64,000 nucleotides of DNA from an uncultured Actinomycetota bacterium (GTDB lineage Bacteria; Actinomycetota; Actinomycetes; JAHEKZ01): positions 2,656,001 to 2,720,000 of the forward strand of contig CAWHIJ010000003.1 of the NCBI GenBank assembly GCA_963829525.1, given 5' to 3'. Positions 1 through 15,650 of this stretch are shown piece by piece; within the stretch, counting starts at the first letter, position 1, and the number at the start of each line of letters is the position of its first letter. A program made the position numbers and the translations under genes. The notes beneath the pieces are model-generated. The model was not told the origin of the DNA. It was given only the letters and a program-made list of their open reading frames with translations, and did no database searches.

Positions 1-339
1 CTCTACTCCTGGCTCTTCATGCGAGTTTCCGGCCTGGTGCTGATCTTCTTGGTCCTTGGCCACCTCTTCATCATGAACATCTTGGATGGCGGGGTGCAGC
101 GCATCAACTTCGCCTTCGTCGCCGGCCGCTGGTCTTCTCCCTTCTGGCAGGTGTGGGACCTCCTGATGCTGTGGTTGGCGCAGCTGCACGGTGGCAACGG
201 ACTCCGCGTGATCATCAATGACTACGCGGAGCGTGACACCACGCGCATCTGGCTGAAGTCGGCGCTCTACGCGTCCATGGTGCTCATTCTCGTCACCGGC
301 ACCTTGGTGATCTTCACCTTCGATCCGAACATCAGCTGA
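1..339 (+). CDS. sdhD: Succinate dehydrogenase hydrophobic membrane anchor subunit (5'-truncated by window edge)
   Basis: Frame open from base 1 ([11 protein letters not shown]...); three hydrophobic segments; heme-ligand region QLHGGNGLR; directly upstream of sdhA. Confidence 0.9.
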   Translation, partial: LYSWLFMRVSGLVLIFLVLGHLFIMNILDGGVQRINFAFVAGRWSSPFWQVWDLLMLWLAQLHGGNGLRVIINDYAERDTTRIWLKSALYASMVLILVTGTLVIFTFDPNIS

Positions 340-352
340 GGAGCGCTACCTC

Positions 353-2097
<1,745 letters not shown>

Positions 2098-2098
<1 letters not shown>

Positions 2099-2868
2099 TG
2101 ACAGCCACTGTCGACTCCCCCATCGACCACGCGCCAGAGAGCGGGTCAGCCCTCCTGCGGCGGAATGTGACGCTGCGCATCCGCCGATTCAACCCCGAGG
2201 CCGGAGACACCGAGCCGTCGTGGCACGACTACCCCGTCGAAGTCCTTCCCACCGACCGCATTCTCGACGCCCTCAACAAGATCAAGTGGGAACAGGACGG
2301 CACCCTGACATACAGGCGATCTTGTGCCCACGGGATCTGCGGATCAGATGCCATGCGCATCAACGGCCGGAACCGGCTGGCCTGCAAGACGCTGATCAAG
2401 GATCTCAACATGGATGCAGCGATCACGGTGGAGGCGATCAAGGGCCTACCGCTGGAAAAGGACCTCGTCGTCGACATGGAGCCGTTCTTCCAGGCGTACC
2501 GCGACGTGAAGCCTTTCCTTATCACTGAGGGGCACGAGCCAACGCGCGAGCGCCGCCAGAGCCAGCATGACCGCGAGAGGTTCGACGACACCACCAAGTG
2601 CATTCTCTGTGCCGCATGTACCACCTCATGTCCGGTCTTCTGGACCGATGGCCAGTACTTCGGCCCGGCTGCCATCGTCGGTGCGCACCGCTTCATCTTC
2701 GACAGCCGTGACGAAGGAGCGTCTCAGCGCCTCGACATCCTCAACGACCGGGAGGGGGTTTGGCGCTGCCGGACCACCTTCAACTGCACTGAGGCTTGCC
2801 CTCGTGGCATCGAGATCACCCAGGCTATCCAGGAGGTCAAACGCGCTTTGATCTCCCGGCGCATCTGA
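2098..2868 (+). CDS. sdhB: Succinate dehydrogenase iron-sulfur subunit
   Basis: SCAHGICGSD, CILCAACTTSCP and CRTTFNCTEACP Fe-S motifs; TGATG overlap with sdhA. Confidence 0.98.
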
Positions 2869-2900
2869 TGTCTGACGCCTCCAGGTAGCCTCACCAGATC

Positions 2901-3986
2901 ATGTCGATCTTCCCAAGGGTCCTCGCCGCCGTCCTTGTCGTCGGGACCGTCGGCCTGCCACTCCATGCATCAGCGAAAACCGCAGATCCTCTTGACGGGG
3001 CCGGCGTCGTGGTCGACGGTCACGCGCCTCCGAAGGTCTGGGCGAAGTCCTGGGTCGTGGCCGATGCTGACACTGGCCAGATCCTGGCAGCCAGGAATGC
3101 GCATGAGCGACTTCGTCCGGCCAGCACTCTCAAGACCCTCACCGCAGTAACGCTGCTCCCCCAGCTCGATCTCCAATCCAGCTACAGAGTGCAATGGGAA
3201 GACGCCAGGGTTGTCGGCAGCGCCGTCGGGATCGTCCCGGGCTCGCGCTACTCCATCGATCAGCTCTTCTATGGCCTGATGCTCCCCAGCGGAAACGATG
3301 CAGCGAGGGCTCTTGCGTCGGCGGCCGGAGGTTTGCATCACACGGTCCGCGCAATGAACGCAGAGGCGGACGCCCTGGGAGCCCATGACACGCGGGCAGT
3401 CAACCCCACTGGCCTGGATGCCGCCGGACAGTTCACGTCCGCATTCGACCTGGCGATCTTCGCGCGCGAAGGCCTCGCTGATCGTGACTTTCGCCGCTAT
3501 GTGTCGACGGTGTCGACAGCGTTTCCGGCTCAGGAGCCCAAGCAGGACAAACGGCGCGATACCTACATGATCTACAACCAGAATCCGCTGCTCCTGGAGG
3601 GTTACCGCGGAATCCTCGGGGTCAAGACCGGGTACACAACCAAGGCGGGGCGGACGTTCGTCGCCGCTGCCCATCGCGGTGGGCACACGCTGATCGTCAC
3701 CCTGATGGGCATCCTCGAACCGAGCGAGAACGCAGCCAAGCGCCTGTTGGCTTGGGGCTTCTCCCAGCGCGACGCCGTGACAGCCGTTGGATCGCTCGAC
3801 GAACAGGTGCGGGCGCCAAGCCCCGACCACGCCCCCACGTTGACGGCACCTCCACCACAGGCTGCTGGCGTGAGCTCGGGCACCATCAACGCTGGCGACT
3901 CGTCAGTTCAGGGCGTCATCCTGTGGGTAGTGGCCGGTGCCGGGCTGCTGCTCGGTGGCTGGTGGCTGCAGCGCAGGAGGAACTGA
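2901..3986 (+). CDS. D-alanyl-D-alanine carboxypeptidase (peptidase S11, DacB-like)
   Basis: Signal peptide; PASTLK (SxxK), SGN and KTG motifs; C-terminal TM anchor. Confidence 0.92.
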   Translation: MSIFPRVLAAVLVVGTVGLPLHASAKTADPLDGAGVVVDGHAPPKVWAKSWVVADADTGQILAARNAHERLRPASTLKTLTAVTLLPQLDLQSSYRVQWEDARVVGSAVGIVPGSRYSIDQLFYGLMLPSGNDAARALASAAGGLHHTVRAMNAEADALGAHDTRAVNPTGLDAAGQFTSAFDLAIFAREGLADRDFRRYVSTVSTAFPAQEPKQDKRRDTYMIYNQNPLLLEGYRGILGVKTGYTTKAGRTFVAAAHRGGHTLIVTLMGILEPSENAAKRLLAWGFSQRDAVTAVGSLDEQVRAPSPDHAPTLTAPPPQAAGVSSGTINAGDSSVQGVILWVVAGAGLLLGGWWLQRRRN

Positions 3987-3999
3987 CTCCAGACACGTT

Positions 4000-4939
4000 C
4001 TAGTCCTCCACCGTGGGGAGTTTGACCGGGCCGCCACTCATGCGATCGAGATACGCCACCTCCTCGACCGTCCTCGGGGCACCCTCACACACGGCAACCC
4101 AGCAGGCGAAGTAGAGCAGCACTGCCGACGCCACGTAGAGGAAGACCAGCAACGCAGCGGCCACCGCGAGAGCGCCGTACACGGGGTTGCTCAAGGTGCT
4201 ACCGACGACGAGAAAGGAGAGCTCGGTCAGTACGAGGAGGGCCAGCGTTGTGTAGAGCGAGCCGAGAAGGACCGGCCGCCAACGGCGTCCCGTTCGCTTC
4301 CACCAGGCCAGCCCGTAAAGGGAGGCAACGACAAGCCAAACAAGGAGCCCCAGGATCAGCGCCCCACTGAGGGTCACGAACCAGCTTGAGCTTTCGTCGA
4401 CGCCCACCCACTCCAGTGCCGACGTTCCGAACGCCTCAACGATGACTGCGCCAGCCAGCGCGACCAGGAGAATCGTTCCCATCAATAGCAACGAGACCGT
4501 GTCCTGTAGCCGAAGAAGCAGCCAGTTCCGCGGTCGCCGCATTGCACCCTGCATGCGGCGAACACCCTCCATTGTCGAGTCGACCCATCCAAGACCGGCC
4601 ACCAAGAGACCAACGACGGCGATGACTCCTGCGTTGACTGTCGCGTTGGCAACACTCTCGATGTCAACGGGCGGCTGCCCGCTCTCTGGGTCGAAGAGCA
4701 GCGGAAGGGCTTCCTTGAGAAACAGCTCGACCTCGACTCGGACCTCGGGAAGGTTCGACAGCACGATGCCGAATGCGATGAATGCGAGCACCAGCAGAGG
4801 GAAGAGAGCGAGATAGCCAAAGAGCGCGATTCCAGCTGCCCATCGGGTGAAACGCAGACCATTGGCCCGATCGATCGCTTGAAGGTGTCGGTCGAAGAAC
4901 GGGATGCGCGCGAGCCTCGCCCGAGCACGGGCGATCCAT

Positions 4940-4947
<8 letters not shown>
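4000..4947 (-). CDS. YihY/virulence factor BrkB family membrane protein
   Basis: About six TM helices, YLALFPLL and YGALAVAAALLVFLY motifs; start reassigned to GTG 4947 overlapping the upstream stop. Confidence 0.85.
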
Positions 4948-7785
<2,838 letters not shown>

Positions 7786-7789
<4 letters not shown>

Positions 7790-7821
7790 CTTTCAGCCCC
7801 CTGGGTACTAGGGGGTTCCAT
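7786..7821 (-). CDS. Putative leaderless uORF / leader peptide MEPPSTQGAES
   Basis: ATG 6 nt after a TACGCT -10 box; TGA overlaps the TTG start of the CNNM gene; the uORF sequence folds CCCCCT/AGGGGG over that gene's SD. Confidence 0.5.
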
Positions 7822-7899
7822 CTCTCCAGCGTAACGGGGTGGCCTCCGAAGTCCCACTGCACAGCCCTTTCGGCAACGGTCTGATCGCTCCTGGTCCAG

Positions 7900-9606
7900 C
7901 TAGCGACGTGGGCGCGGCCTCACCAGTCGCCACAGATAGTTGGCAACCAAGACCGCGGCGACAACAAGTGAGGCCCCGTACGCGAAATTGCTTGCATCAG
8001 CCAACCGCTGGTTGTCCTCCGACGTGAAGACGCTCGAGGCCACAGCTGAGCCGACGAGCGCCCCGGCAACGAGGACGGCAACGACGACCATCGAGGTAAT
8101 CGATCTCGCCGCCTCCATCTGCCGGTCCAAGGCGCTGGTGTCGACGTAGACAGTCAGCCGACCGCTTTTGAGCTGGTCACGCCAGGAGAACAGCCCCCGT
8201 AGGTAGTCCGGTGCGGCTTGGAAGGCCTCACTCAGCATCTTTGACCCTTCCCGGCGCGCAGCATCCTCGATCACTCCGTCGGCGATGGCCTCCTGCCCCA
8301 GCTCTATCGAGGCTTTGAGGGCTTCGCTGGTGAAGGGGTGCTCAGGGTCGGCGAGCGGCGTGAAGAAGGCCGAGGCCTGGGTCAATGACTTCAACGCCAG
8401 TGTCAGCTGTGGGTCCAGGCGATAGCCGCAGTCACGAAGGATCGACATAGAGGTGGACATCACGTCCTTGACGTCGGCACCGGTCCCGCGCCCGTAGCGA
8501 GCCATCCGCCGCTCGAACTCCTTGCCGAAACGCTCGGGATCGGCATCGTCGCGGAATGGCACGCTGAGGGCGCGCAGCTGACGCCCCATGCCGTTCACGT
8601 CATCCTTGACGAACATCCATAGGAGCAGCACCAAGTTCGCTCGCTGCGCGACAGTTATCTGTCCGACCATCCCGGCGTCCAGGAAAGTGACAACTCCGGT
8701 GTCGAGGTTGACGAACAAGTTTCCAGGGTGGGGGTCTGCATGGAAGTAGCCGTCGATCATCAGCATCTTGATCGCAGCCCGAAGCGCGGCTTTGGCCACC
8801 GCCGAGGGATCAAGACCCGCGTCGCGCATCGCCTCGACGTTGGAGATCTTCACGCCGCTGATGAACTCCTGCGTAAGGACCCGCTTAGCCGAAAGCGACC
8901 GGTAGACCTTGGGGATGTGCACACCATCGATTCCCGAGAGGTTCTCAGCGAGCCGCTCCATGTTGTAGGCCTCGCCGTAGTAGTCCAGCTCGTCCATCAG
9001 CGACGACCCGAACTCCGACAGCATGGAGCTGAGCCCGATCTCGCGGGCGTACTTGCTGCGAGCCTCGGCAGTACGCCCGTATGTGCTTGCGACTCCCAAG
9101 TCAGCTTTGACTTGTGGTTCCAACGCTGGGCGCTGCACCTTCACCACAACTTCGTCACCGTCGACAGTTGTCGCACGATAAACCTGCCCCAAAGAGGCAG
9201 CGGCCAGAGGCGTCGTTTCGAACGTCGCGAACAGCTGTTCGGGGGGTGCCCCCAGCTCATCGATGATCACCTGGCGAGCAGCCTCGTACGGTGCAGGCGG
9301 AACGTCACTCTGCAGTAGCTCAAGTTCGTGACGCCACTCGTCGGGCAAGGTGCTTGCCTGGCTTGAGACGATCTGGCCCAGCTTGACGTAGGTCGGTCCC
9401 AGGTTCTCCATGAGCAGTCGGGTTCGTGTCGCGATCGAGAGCTCGGGAGGTGGTGCCTCCAGTCGATAGATCCAACCCTGCAGCCGGCGACGTGGTGCTC
9501 CCAACCACGTGCGGTCGATCAGTGACTCGGTACCGAACTGCAGAACCGTGCTGTAGATCTCCTGAAGCCGCCGGTTTTGATGGATGGTGTCGATGCCGCC
9601 ACTCAT
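7900..9606 (-). CDS. AarF/UbiB/ABC1 family atypical kinase
   Basis: KLGQ (KxGQ), AAASLGQV, VKVQRP, HADPHPGN and LDAGM motifs; two C-terminal TMs; start set at the ATGA overlap. Confidence 0.92.
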   Translation of the reverse strand: MSGGIDTIHQNRRLQEIYSTVLQFGTESLIDRTWLGAPRRRLQGWIYRLEAPPPELSIATRTRLLMENLGPTYVKLGQIVSSQASTLPDEWRHELELLQSDVPPAPYEAARQVIIDELGAPPEQLFATFETTPLAAASLGQVYRATTVDGDEVVVKVQRPALEPQVKADLGVASTYGRTAEARSKYAREIGLSSMLSEFGSSLMDELDYYGEAYNMERLAENLSGIDGVHIPKVYRSLSAKRVLTQEFISGVKISNVEAMRDAGLDPSAVAKAALRAAIKMLMIDGYFHADPHPGNLFVNLDTGVVTFLDAGMVGQITVAQRANLVLLLWMFVKDDVNGMGRQLRALSVPFRDDADPERFGKEFERRMARYGRGTGADVKDVMSTSMSILRDCGYRLDPQLTLALKSLTQASAFFTPLADPEHPFTSEALKASIELGQEAIADGVIEDAARREGSKMLSEAFQAAPDYLRGLFSWRDQLKSGRLTVYVDTSALDRQMEAARSITSMVVVAVLVAGALVGSAVASSVFTSEDNQRLADASNFAYGASLVVAAVLVANYLWRLVRPRPRR

Positions 9607-10082
9607 GTCGCGTCCTCCTTGTCCGAGCGGTCGAGAACGGGATAGTTCGTCCCGGCTAGGGCATCGAGAACCATGCCCAGGATGCCGACGATCAACCCGC
9701 CTACCAGCAGCTGCCACAGACGGTCATAGGTGATCAAGTCGCTCAGCACCACGGTGAGCAACCACAGAAGCACGCCGTTCACCAGAATGTTGATCAGCCC
9801 GTACGACGACACGAGGAACCGCAGTGAGAAGAACTGGACGGCAGGTTTGACGAACGTGCTGATCAGCGCGTACACGCCGGCCACTAACCAAAACTGGCCG
9901 ATTCGCCAACCGGTGAAGGCCAGGCCCGGAGTTATGAGGACTGTCAGCGTTACTGCCAGCCCACTGGTGATGAGCCGCACCAGGATGAGTCGCCAGTTCA
10001 GGCTGTGTAAGCGCACCGCGGCACGCCGGTTTGCGACGCCGGGGACTTCAAGAGTCGCATCGGTGATGATGACGTCAGCCAT
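9603..10082 (-). CDS. Phage holin family (4-TM, YvlD/DUF360-like) membrane protein
   Basis: VKPAVQFFSL...GLINILVNGVLL pattern; four TMs; SD GAGGAGG before ATG 10082. Confidence 0.75.
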   Translation of the reverse strand: MADVIITDATLEVPGVANRRAAVRLHSLNWRLILVRLITSGLAVTLTVLITPGLAFTGWRIGQFWLVAGVYALISTFVKPAVQFFSLRFLVSSYGLINILVNGVLLWLLTVVLSDLITYDRLWQLLVGGLIVGILGMVLDALAGTNYPVLDRSDKEDAT

Positions 10083-10191
10083 GTTGGGTCCGCCTCCTCT
10101 GTTCGCCTGGGCGTGCCCATTCTGGTCCAAGCCGAGGCCGACCGGAGCCCTGACGCATGACCCGTTCTGGGTGATTCCGACCGCTCCTACG

Positions 10192-10974
10192 TCAGGACTC
10201 GATCTCGGGCGGCAGCCCTCCGACCCCCCACGCATCGGCCCCACCATCGACGGTCATCACCGTTCCGGTGACATAGCTGGCGGCGTCCGAGAGCAGGAAG
10301 GAAATCACCGCAGCAACCTCCTCCGGTCGCCCAAGCCGCTTCATCGGGATCATCTCTGCCCACTCCTCGACGACGGTGCCGTATTGGTCGAGGCCTTCGG
10401 TGGCCACGGCCCCGACGCTGACACAGTTGGTGCGGATTCCGTAGCGCGACCACTCCATCGCCAGCCCTGTCGCGAGGTTCTCAACAGCTGCTCGAGCCGA
10501 AGCGGCGTGAGCGGCCTGGGGCATCCCTCGACGCGGACTGAACCCAACGAAGACCACGCTGCCTGACCGTTGCGGGATGAGCGCGCGGTTGGCTACCTCC
10601 CTGGTCACCGACCAGGCGGCCTCGACCGCCAACCGGTGAACGGCGCGGAATCCGCCGAGGGTGATGTTCTCCGCGTTCGCAGTGAACTGTCCTCCTGCGT
10701 TGTTTACCAGTGCATCGATCCGCCCACCCTCGTCGATGACTCGGCCGATGAACGCCTCGACTTGGTCCGGCTCACGGACGTCACACGTGTCGGCAAGACA
10801 GACACCGCCACCAAAGACAATCTGCTCCCGAACACCCTCCAGCGGCTCGGGGCGACGGCCACACACCGCGACGCGATACCCCTCGGCCGAGAGCTGAAGT
10901 GCGGTGGCCCGGCCGATTCCGGTGCCGCCACCGGTGACGACCGCCACGCGCCCATGCGGATCAGAGCGGTTCAT
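10192..10974 (-). CDS. SDR family oxidoreductase (2,4-dienoyl-CoA/trans-2-enoyl-CoA reductase-like)
   Basis: TGGGTGIG and NNAGGQF motifs; HAASAR in place of YxxxK. Confidence 0.88.
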   Translation of the reverse strand: MNRSDPHGRVAVVTGGGTGIGRATALQLSAEGYRVAVCGRRPEPLEGVREQIVFGGGVCLADTCDVREPDQVEAFIGRVIDEGGRIDALVNNAGGQFTANAENITLGGFRAVHRLAVEAAWSVTREVANRALIPQRSGSVVFVGFSPRRGMPQAAHAASARAAVENLATGLAMEWSRYGIRTNCVSVGAVATEGLDQYGTVVEEWAEMIPMKRLGRPEEVAAVISFLLSDAASYVTGTVMTVDGGADAWGVGGLPPEIES

Positions 10975-11065
10975 CTGCTCACTGTTGCAGCACCCCGCTT
11001 GCCGCGCAGCCACATCAGAGAATCGGTACAGGGCCGGGACGTGGCCCGTCGGTAAGGTTGTTGGA

Positions 11066-12382
11066 ATGGAGGACCAGCCAGTTGCGAGCGCACGGATCGC
11101 TCGCCGGAGCCCGCTTGTTGGCACGCTCCGGGTCCCCGGCGACAAGTCTGTCTCGCACCGCGCGCTGATCCTGGCTGGCCTGGCAAAAGGCGTCTCGACC
11201 ATCACCGGGCTTTCAGCCGGGCTCGACGTCCGGCACACCCGCCAGATCATGGCCGCCCTGGGCGTGCACATCGACGAGGCTGACGATGCGCGGGACGACC
11301 AACCGGTGGGAACGCTGACCATCACCGGTGGAGACCTTCACGAAGCGGCAGGGGTTCTCGACGTAGGGAATTCCGGAACTGGTGCCCGGCTGCTCGCAGG
11401 CGTCTGCGCCGGTCAGCCCTTTCGAAGCGTGATCACCGGAGACGCGTCCATCGCCACTCGACCGATGGACCGAGTCGTCGAGCCGCTACGTGCTATGGGC
11501 GCCAAGATTGACGGCCGTGAACGTGGGCGGTTTACCCCCCTGACCATCAGAGGCGGCCAACTGCACGGCATCGACTACACGCCGCCAATGGCCAGCGCGC
11601 AGGTCAAGTCGGCGATCTTGCTGGCGGGGCTGTTCGCTGACGAAGCGACGATCGTCCGTGAGAGGGTCCCGACCCGGCGGCACACCGAGGAGATGCTCGC
11701 CGCACACGGTGTGGACGTCGCGACCGAGAAGATTGGGGGCGGATCTGTCATCACTTTGCAGCCCGGCCCGGTCATGCCCGGTCAGTTTGCCGTTCCCGGC
11801 GATCCCTCACAGGCGGCTTTCTGGATTTGCGCAGCAGCAGCGATCATCGGTTCGGACGTGACCGTGGAGAATCTCTACCTCTCTCCCGAACGCAGTGGCT
11901 TCCTCGACGTCCTGCTCGCCATGGGCGCCGACCTCGAGATCGACCGAGCGGGCGGGACCGTCCGTGCTCGCGGACGCGAGCTGCAGGGCACCGTCGTCTC
12001 TGGCGAGCAACTGCCCGATCTGATCGATGAGGTGCCAGCACTTGCCATCGCAGGTGCACTGGCGGCAGCCGGGTCACTCGACTTCCAGGACGCTGCGGAG
12101 CTGCGCGCCAAGGAGAGCGACCGGATCGAGACGGTCGCGGCGATGGTGCGGGCCCTCGGTGGTCGGGTGAGCACGGGTCAGGACTCCCTGACCATTTTGG
12201 CGGGGACGCTGCGTCCTGGGGTCGTCGAGTCGCACCACGACCACCGGATCGCGATGGCGGCGGCAGTGGCCGCCTGTGGCCTCGCCGATGTGGGCGAGAT
12301 CGAGATCCGAGGATGGGGCGCAGTCGATACCAGCTACCCCGGCTTCCTCAGCGACCTGGAGAGTCTCAGCTCAGTCACCTGA
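11066..12382 (+). CDS. aroA: 3-phosphoshikimate 1-carboxyvinyltransferase (EPSP synthase), class II-type
   Basis: PGDKSVSHR, GNSGT, SAQVKS, RRHTE, KESDRI and DHRIAMA motifs. Confidence 0.95.
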   Translation: MEDQPVASARIARRSPLVGTLRVPGDKSVSHRALILAGLAKGVSTITGLSAGLDVRHTRQIMAALGVHIDEADDARDDQPVGTLTITGGDLHEAAGVLDVGNSGTGARLLAGVCAGQPFRSVITGDASIATRPMDRVVEPLRAMGAKIDGRERGRFTPLTIRGGQLHGIDYTPPMASAQVKSAILLAGLFADEATIVRERVPTRRHTEEMLAAHGVDVATEKIGGGSVITLQPGPVMPGQFAVPGDPSQAAFWICAAAAIIGSDVTVENLYLSPERSGFLDVLLAMGADLEIDRAGGTVRARGRELQGTVVSGEQLPDLIDEVPALAIAGALAAAGSLDFQDAAELRAKESDRIETVAAMVRALGGRVSTGQDSLTILAGTLRPGVVESHHDHRIAMAAAVAACGLADVGEIEIRGWGAVDTSYPGFLSDLESLSSVT

Positions 12383-12388
12383 CAGCAC

Positions 12389-12411
12389 CCCGCCGAGACA
12401 TCGGCGGGTTT
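12389..12411 (+). terminator. Intrinsic terminator hairpin between convergent aroA and ppx
   Basis: CCCGCCGA-GACA-TCGGCGGG followed by TTT. Confidence 0.7.
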
Positions 12412-12419
12412 GAAAGGGG

Positions 12420-13370
12420 CTACTCCGAGACCGGCAACACCAAGGACGCCGCGATGCCGTCGAGGATGTCATGCTCGCTGACCAAGATCTCGGCAAGGCC
12501 GGTGTAGGCCACGATCGCTGACAAGACCAACGACCCAGCAGCAATCACATCCACGCGGCCCGGGTGCACGACCGGATTTGCCGATCGCTTCTCCCGGTTG
12601 GAGTAGAGCAGCTCCTCACAGACTCGATGGATGTCGGCGGCGGTGATCACCGCCCCGTGGATGCGGGTCGCGTCGTACTCCCACATCCCCATCGCGAGCG
12701 CTGCCACTGTTGTCACCGAGCCCGCGAGGCCAACCATGGATCCAGCTCGACGAAGGGGCAGCAGCTGCGCCACTTCGGCAATCGCCGCCTCAATGTCGTC
12801 GCGCGCGGCACTGACCTCAGCCGGCCACGGTGGATCGGTGGCGAAGTGACGTTCGGTCATGCGAACACACCCAATGTCGACCGAAGTCGACGCCGTCGGT
12901 GGCCGGCCTGGCTCCCCCATGACAAACTCTGTCGACCCCCCGCCGATATCGACAACGAGGCAGGGCGTGGCTGCACCCGCGATCTCAAGACTGCTCGTCG
13001 CACCCGTGAAGGAGAGCACCGCCTCATCGCTGCCAGAGATTACCTCCGGCTCAACCCCCAGCCGTCCACGGATCCCTGAGACGAACTCGTCGCGGTTACT
13101 CGCATCTCGAGTCGCCGACGTTGCAACAAAGCGCAGCGCATCCACATGCGCCTGCTCGATCAGATGCGCGTACTCGTCGACTGCGCCGAAGGCGCGCTTC
13201 AGCGCTGCGGCGCTCAGCTGCCCAGTTGCGTCGACGCCCTCGCCGAGTCGGACGATTCGCATCTCCCGTGCGATGTCGATCAGCAGTCCGGTATCAGCAC
13301 TAACCTCAGCGATGAGCAATCGGACGGAGTTGGTACCGCAGTCGATTGCCGCGACCCGTCTGGTGCTCAC
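12420..13370 (-). CDS. Ppx/GppA family exopolyphosphatase
   Basis: AAIDCGTNS, ATSATRDA and DIGGGSTE motifs; GTGA overlap with DUF501. Confidence 0.93.
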   Translation of the reverse strand: MSTRRVAAIDCGTNSVRLLIAEVSADTGLLIDIAREMRIVRLGEGVDATGQLSAAALKRAFGAVDEYAHLIEQAHVDALRFVATSATRDASNRDEFVSGIRGRLGVEPEVISGSDEAVLSFTGATSSLEIAGAATPCLVVDIGGGSTEFVMGEPGRPPTASTSVDIGCVRMTERHFATDPPWPAEVSAARDDIEAAIAEVAQLLPLRRAGSMVGLAGSVTTVAALAMGMWEYDATRIHGAVITAADIHRVCEELLYSNREKRSANPVVHPGRVDVIAAGSLVLSAIVAYTGLAEILVSEHDILDGIAASLVLPVSE

Positions 13371-13891
13371 TCGCCCGCCCGTCGCTCGGCGCAAGTCAGC
13401 CCGCGCACCAACTGACGTCGGATGATCTCGTCCATGGCCTCGTCGCCGAAGGGGTTGACGCCAGGACCGGTCGCCAGCGAATGGCCCACCAGAACGTGCA
13501 GACACTTGACGCGATCAGGCATGCCTCCTGCTGATACACCATCAATCTCTGGGACATCGTCGAGCTGCGCACGGTCATCCAGGTAACACTCGTGTGCGCC
13601 CCGATACCTGTCCTGCAGCTCGGCGTCACCTGCGAGTCGGTGTTGCATCTGCCGCATGCGCCCTTCGGCCTCAAGTGTGCTCACCGCACCGGTCAACCGC
13701 GGACAGGTGAGGTAGTACACCGTGGGAAACGGTGTTCCATCGGGTAGTCGAGGTGCGGTAGTGACGACGTCGGGTTCACCACACGCACATCGGTGTGCCA
13801 CCGCGACCATGCCACGGGGCTCCCGCCCGAGTTGCCGGTGCACAGCCTCGCGATCATCCCCGGGTACAGCTGCTGTGTCAGCAGCGCTCAC
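13367..13891 (-). CDS. DUF501 domain protein
   Basis: QLGREPRG, PFPTVYYLTCP and GGMPDRVKCLH motifs; conserved eno-ftsB-DUF501-ppx order. Confidence 0.92.
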   Translation of the reverse strand: MSAADTAAVPGDDREAVHRQLGREPRGMVAVAHRCACGEPDVVTTAPRLPDGTPFPTVYYLTCPRLTGAVSTLEAEGRMRQMQHRLAGDAELQDRYRGAHECYLDDRAQLDDVPEIDGVSAGGMPDRVKCLHVLVGHSLATGPGVNPFGDEAMDEIIRRQLVRGLTCAERRAGE

Positions 13892-14328
13892 CGGTTGTCC
13901 GCTTCCTGAACCGAGTCCCAAAGCGTGTTGAACCAGGCAACCTCGGGCTCGACGGGTGCTCGGATTTCCGGCTTACGCGCTTTTTCGACGTCTTGGGGGG
14001 AGAGGAGTACGAGCCCGGTCTCACCAGGCATGACGTAGTGCAATCGCTCTCGCGCCTGCTGTTCAACGAACTTGTCGTCGCGCCAGCGGCGCACTTGGTC
14101 CTGCAAGCTGCCGACTCGCGACTCAAGCATGGTGGCACGCTCTTGCGCAGCGGTGATGGCCGCGCGCTGTGCCAGGTACTCACGAATAGGGAATGCCAAA
14201 GTCATCACCAGTGCCGCAACTACCAGGATCAGAACGACCGCGCGGCCGGTGAGCCGCGCCCACAGCGGACGGTCGTCGACCACCTGCAGGTGGTCGCGTG
14301 GTCTTGGCCCGTTGTCAGTGGTCGTCAT
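13888..14328 (-). CDS. Septum formation initiator FtsB/DivIC family
   Basis: Single TM, coiled coil, ARERLHYVMPGE motif; follows eno. Confidence 0.9.
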   Translation of the reverse strand: MTTTDNGPRPRDHLQVVDDRPLWARLTGRAVVLILVVAALVMTLAFPIREYLAQRAAITAAQERATMLESRVGSLQDQVRRWRDDKFVEQQARERLHYVMPGETGLVLLSPQDVEKARKPEIRAPVEPEVAWFNTLWDSVQEADNR

Positions 14329-14330
14329 GC

Positions 14331-15650
<1,320 letters not shown>

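Noticed and set aside
9603-10082. Holin-family gene as evidence of a prophage
   Set aside because: No endolysin, integrase, terminase or structural genes; this family is commonly chromosomal.
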